Shown piece after piece: positions 60,452 through 64,000 of a DNA stretch of 64,000 nucleotides. The stretch covers positions 2,112,001 to 2,176,000 of the forward strand of contig OY781945.1 in NCBI GenBank assembly GCA_963677435.1. The letters are read 5' to 3'. This DNA comes from an uncultured Aliarcobacter sp. Lineage in GTDB: Bacteria; Campylobacterota; Campylobacteria; Campylobacterales; Arcobacteraceae. The notes below the pieces were generated by a model, which saw only the letters and a program-made list of their open reading frames with translations, made no database searches and was not told the origin of the DNA. The first letter of the stretch is position 1. Each line of letters starts with the position of its first letter. The position numbers were made by a program, and so were the translations under genes.

Positions 60452-61567
60452 TTATGGGTTAACTGTCGCTTTAAATACAGCTTTTCCATCTTTAATCTCT
60501 TTAATAACAGCAGATCTAGTTGCGTTACCTTCACTATTAATAGAAATTTTTCCTGAAACACCATCAAAATCTTTTGTTTTTTTAATTTCTTTATTAATAC
60601 AAACAGAATCAGTTGGGTCTTCACATCTATTCATAGCATCAATTAGTACATTATAAGTATCAGCACCTAAAGCTGTAAATGAGTTAACTTCTTTATTTCC
60701 AGTCTCTTTTTCGTGGTAAGCTACGAAATCAGCAGATTTTTGAGAAGGAGGATTTGTATAGTCAAAGAAATCTGTAAACATATATCCATTTACTGCATCT
60801 CCACCTAAATCAATAAATGTTTGGTTTGCAACACCATCTCCACTAAACATTGGTTTTTCTAAACCTAATTGTTTAGATTGTCTTGCAATCATAGAAGCTT
60901 CTGGGTGATATAAAGGTAAGAACATAAAGTCAGGGTTAATTTCTTTGATTTGAGAAACTACAGCTTTGAAATCTTTATCACCAGATGTAACTTTGATAAC
61001 TTTAACAATATTACCACCATTCTTTTTAAATGCACTTTCAAAAGCTTTTGCTAAACCTAAAGAATAAACTTGCGCTTGATCAACTACAACAACGGCTGTT
61101 TTATATCCCTCTTTACTTGCGTAATTTGCAACAACTTCACCTTGGAAAGAGTCAGTAAAACAAACTCTATTTGCAAAAGTTCTTTTTGCTGTTAATTGAT
61201 CATTTGTAGCAACTGAAGCAATAACAGGAATTCCTTTTTTATCAGCAATTGCAATAGTTTGAGCTGTATTTGTAGAAGTTAATGCTCCTAAAATTGCAAC
61301 AACATTATCAGAAGAGATAAGTCTAGTTGTAGCATTTGCAGTTTCAACTTTATCACCTTTATTATCTAATAATACAAGTTTAATTGTATCTCCATTTTTT
61401 AATGTAGGTTGTTGTTTATGTGCTAATTCAACACCTAAGTTTGTAACTTGTCCATAAGCTGCAAGTGCACCAGACATTGGCATAACTGCACCAACATTAA
61501 TCTCTTTTGCTGAAACAACACTACATGCTAATGCAGAAGCTAAAGCTATACTCAAAAATTTATTCAT
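60452..61567 (-). CDS. livK: Branched-chain amino acid binding protein (LivJ/LivK family)
   Basis: Signal peptide; INVGAVMPMSG.LAAYG, RVCFTDSFQG, DKDFKAVV, FDGVSGKISI; heads the liv operon. Confidence 0.88.
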   Translation of the reverse strand: MNKFLSIALASALACSVVSAKEINVGAVMPMSGALAAYGQVTNLGVELAHKQQPTLKNGDTIKLVLLDNKGDKVETANATTRLISSDNVVAILGALTSTNTAQTIAIADKKGIPVIASVATNDQLTAKRTFANRVCFTDSFQGEVVANYASKEGYKTAVVVVDQAQVYSLGLAKAFESAFKKNGGNIVKVIKVTSGDKDFKAVVSQIKEINPDFMFLPLYHPEASMIARQSKQLGLEKPMFSGDGVANQTFIDLGGDAVNGYMFTDFFDYTNPPSQKSADFVAYHEKETGNKEVNSFTALGADTYNVLIDAMNRCEDPTDSVCINKEIKKTKDFDGVSGKISINSEGNATRSAVIKEIKDGKAVFKATVNP

Positions 61568-61753
61568 TTGTACTCCTTAATTAATTCCATATGATTCTAG
61601 CATAACAATATAAAATAATTATGAAAGGAAAAGACAATAAATTATACAAAAATTGTACATTTTATATCTTTTTATACAAAATATAGACTTTTTTGATTAT
61701 ATTATTACTATTTTACGAATAAATGTTAATAATTAAAATTTCAATGATATCTC

Positions 61754-62095
61754 TTATTCTAATTCTAAACTCATTAAATACATATCTTCACCATCAGTTA
61801 CTTTTATATTTACACTTTGGCATTTTGGACAGCAAAATTCATTTTTTTCTAATGTTGAAATAGTGTTACAATCTAAGCAATCAATAACCACTTTTTGATG
61901 ATTTATCAAAAAAACTGCATCATGGCAGACTGTTTGTTCTTTAAAAGTATCAAAAGCTGTTTGAAGTAAATCAGGCTCAACTCCACTTAAAACTCCAATT
62001 TTTATTACTACTTTTGTAACTTTTTTTGCGTCATTTGTTCTGGCGTGTTCTTCACAACTTTCTAATAAAGATTGAACGATACTATATTCGTGCAT
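61754..62095 (-). CDS. hypA: Hydrogenase nickel metallochaperone HypA
   Basis: MHEYSI N-terminus, G.LSGVEP, CLDC and CPKC; ATG overlaps hypE stop (TAATG). Confidence 0.95.
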   Translation of the reverse strand: MHEYSIVQSLLESCEEHARTNDAKKVTKVVIKIGVLSGVEPDLLQTAFDTFKEQTVCHDAVFLINHQKVVIDCLDCNTISTLEKNEFCCPKCQSVNIKVTDGEDMYLMSLELE

Positions 62096-63093
62096 TAACA
62101 AATCCTTGGAAGAAGTTCACCAGTTGGTGTATCTAAAAATCTTTTTGTTCCCCAAGAACTATTTAGTATTACTTTTTGAGAATATTGTTGAGTTACCTTT
62201 CCAATAACACAAGCTTTTGAAGCTTCTGGAAATGTTTGTAAAACTTCAATAGCTTTAACTGCAAATTCTTGTGGAATTGCTAAAACAAAAGTTCCTTCAT
62301 TTGCAAGATTTGTTGCTTCAAAACCTAACATCTCACAAATTCCTTTTACCTCATCGCATACTGGTATTTTTTCTTCTTCTACTTCTATACAAATATTTGA
62401 TTGTTTTGCCCACTCGTTTAACACAGCACTCACTCCACCTCTTGTGGCATCTCTTAAAGCAGTTATTTTAATACCTGCATCAATCAAAGCTTTTACTTGA
62501 GGGTACAAAGAGTTACAATCGCTTTTAAGCTCTGAATTCATGTCCATTCCCTCTCGTGCAGCAAAAATAGTAGCACCATGAGCGCCAATATCTCTATTTA
62601 CTAGGATTACATCTTCTGTAGTTATATTGTTTGAGCTAATATCTTTGTATAAAATCTCTCCAATTCCTGTAGTGTTTATGAAGATTTTATCAACTGCACC
62701 TTTGGGAACTACCTTTGTATCTCCACTTACAACAATAGCTTCATTTACTTCAAGCTCTTTTTTCATAGAAGCCACTATTCTTTCAAGTTGCTCTACTTCA
62801 AAACCCTCTTCAATGATAACTGAGCAAGTAAGATACTTCGGCTTTGCTCCCATCATGGCTAAGTCATTACAAGTTCCACAAATGGCTAATTTTCCAATAT
62901 CTGCTCCACTAAAAAACAAAGGACTAACTGTAAATGAATCTGTACTAAAAGCTAATGTACCATTTTGAATAACAGCTGCATCTTCACTTTTTTCTAATAT
63001 CTCATTTTTAAAAGCATTATAAAATACTTTGTTTATAAGCTCATTGTTTTCAGCTCCACCATTTCCATGTGCTAGTGTTATTGTTTTAGTCAT
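62095..63093 (-). CDS. hypE: Hydrogenase maturation protein HypE
   Basis: ITLAHGNGG, STDSFTVSPLFF, GTCNDLAM, RDATRGG, ANEG, C-terminal LPRIC. Confidence 0.97.
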   Translation of the reverse strand: MTKTITLAHGNGGAENNELINKVFYNAFKNEILEKSEDAAVIQNGTLAFSTDSFTVSPLFFSGADIGKLAICGTCNDLAMMGAKPKYLTCSVIIEEGFEVEQLERIVASMKKELEVNEAIVVSGDTKVVPKGAVDKIFINTTGIGEILYKDISSNNITTEDVILVNRDIGAHGATIFAAREGMDMNSELKSDCNSLYPQVKALIDAGIKITALRDATRGGVSAVLNEWAKQSNICIEVEEEKIPVCDEVKGICEMLGFEATNLANEGTFVLAIPQEFAVKAIEVLQTFPEASKACVIGKVTQQYSQKVILNSSWGTKRFLDTPTGELLPRIC

Positions 63094-63450
63094 TTATTTA
63101 TCTTCCCTACTCTTAGAATATTTTTTACTTCCACCTTGAGAAGTTTCAACTGGATATTTTTTTTCGTTCTTAGTCATTTTATTCATAATTGCATCTTCAA
63201 GATTTATATCTAGCTTCATACAAAGTCTAAGAAGATAAATAGCCACATCTGCAACTTCTTCTTTTGTATGCTCTAATACATCATCAGGTAGATTTAAAGA
63301 CTCTTCAAAATTTAGCCATTGAAATATTTCATTTAGTTCTCCAACTTCTCCATTTAATGCCATAACTAGATTTTTTGGATTGTGAAAACTCTCCCAGTTT
63401 CTATCATCTGAGAATTTTTGTATTCTTTGTTTTATTTTTTCTATGTTCAT
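63094..63450 (-). CDS. MazG-like all-alpha nucleotide pyrophosphohydrolase, dCTP pyrophosphatase 1 (DCTPP1)-like
   Basis: F..DRNWESFHNPKNLVMALNGEVGELNEIFQW...EEVADVAIYL...KM.KNEKKYP. Confidence 0.9.
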   Translation of the reverse strand: MNIEKIKQRIQKFSDDRNWESFHNPKNLVMALNGEVGELNEIFQWLNFEESLNLPDDVLEHTKEEVADVAIYLLRLCMKLDINLEDAIMNKMTKNEKKYPVETSQGGSKKYSKSREDK

Positions 63451-64000
63451 TGCTTATCTTCTTTTATATTTAAGATTTCTATTGCTTTATTATAGTTTTT
63501 TTCATCTCCATAAAAATACTCTTCAAGTAATGGTTGGATTTTGTATTTTTTCACAAACTCTAAATCATCTTCATTTTCTACCTTCATAAAGTAACTGTGC
63601 CCTAGTTTATAATCTTCATTTATTGTTTCTGAAATATGTTCATTTATTTTTTCAAATAATTCTTTTGCAATTTCTGGAACTAAATCTAAATTTGGCTTCA
63701 TCTTTAAAAATGTAAATCTTCTTCTTAAAGCTATATCAATAGTTGCAATAGATTTATCAGTTGAGTTCATAGTAGCAATGATATATAAATTTGATGGAAT
63801 TTGAAACTTCTCTTTTGAGTATGGAAGTGTTACTTCATATGTATCTCTTTTATCTTCTTCTATAAGGGTGATAAGTTCTCCAAAGATTTTAGAGATATTT
63901 CCTCTGTTTATTTCGTCTATTACTATATAGAAGTTTTTTTCTTTTTCTTCTATGCCTTTTTTGTTTTCATTAATTATTTCAACAATCTTTTTACCGATTG
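63447..64000 (-). CDS. mcrB: McrB-family AAA+ GTPase, C-terminal part (5' end outside window)
   Basis: Frame open to window end: NFYIVIDEINRGNISKIFGELITLIEEDKR...VTLPYSKEKFQIPSNLYIIATMNSTDKSIATIDIALRRRF...LGHSYF...PLLEEYFY; Walker B, NxxD signature, arginine finger. Confidence 0.9.
   Translation of the reverse strand, partial: IGKKIVEIINENKKGIEEKEKNFYIVIDEINRGNISKIFGELITLIEEDKRDTYEVTLPYSKEKFQIPSNLYIIATMNSTDKSIATIDIALRRRFTFLKMKPNLDLVPEIAKELFEKINEHISETINEDYKLGHSYFMKVENEDDLEFVKKYKIQPLLEEYFYGDEKNYNKAIEILNIKEDKQ

Overview
AT-rich chromosomal window from a Campylobacterota bacterium, most likely Arcobacteraceae (Arcobacter/Aliarcobacter-like). This is inferred from protein style and gene order (rodA<>rluA-flpA-like-trmB-ftsEX-envC, hemL-atpZ, long acidic RpoD, TATAAT-type promoters). 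Most of it is housekeeping: phr/ybgA, a DccRS-like two-component locus, nagZ, lactate permease, mmuM plus a purine deaminase, guaB-gatA, the rpmJ-rpsM-rpsK-rpsD-rpoA-rplQ operon, leuD-leuB, rpoD, hemL, cell-division genes, dapD, priA, a liv-type ABC operon and hypE-hypA. I saw no rRNA, tRNA, CRISPR array or transposase. The best candidate for an undescribed system is at the right edge: an McrB-family GTPase followed not by mcrC but by a DCTPP1/MazG-like dNTP pyrophosphatase, both translationally coupled into hypE-hypA. Other notable items are a ~146-bp strand-asymmetric palindrome behind guaB, a multi-stem 5' leader on the rpmJ operon, an exact DccR-type box, two genes that appear to need non-canonical start codons (ATT, ATC), a SelJ-like ADP-ribosylhydrolase, a toxin-less Panacea-like gene next to a J-domain gene, and a PAS/pseudo-kinase gene coupled to rpoD. 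All calls come from reading motifs by eye; no database searches were run.
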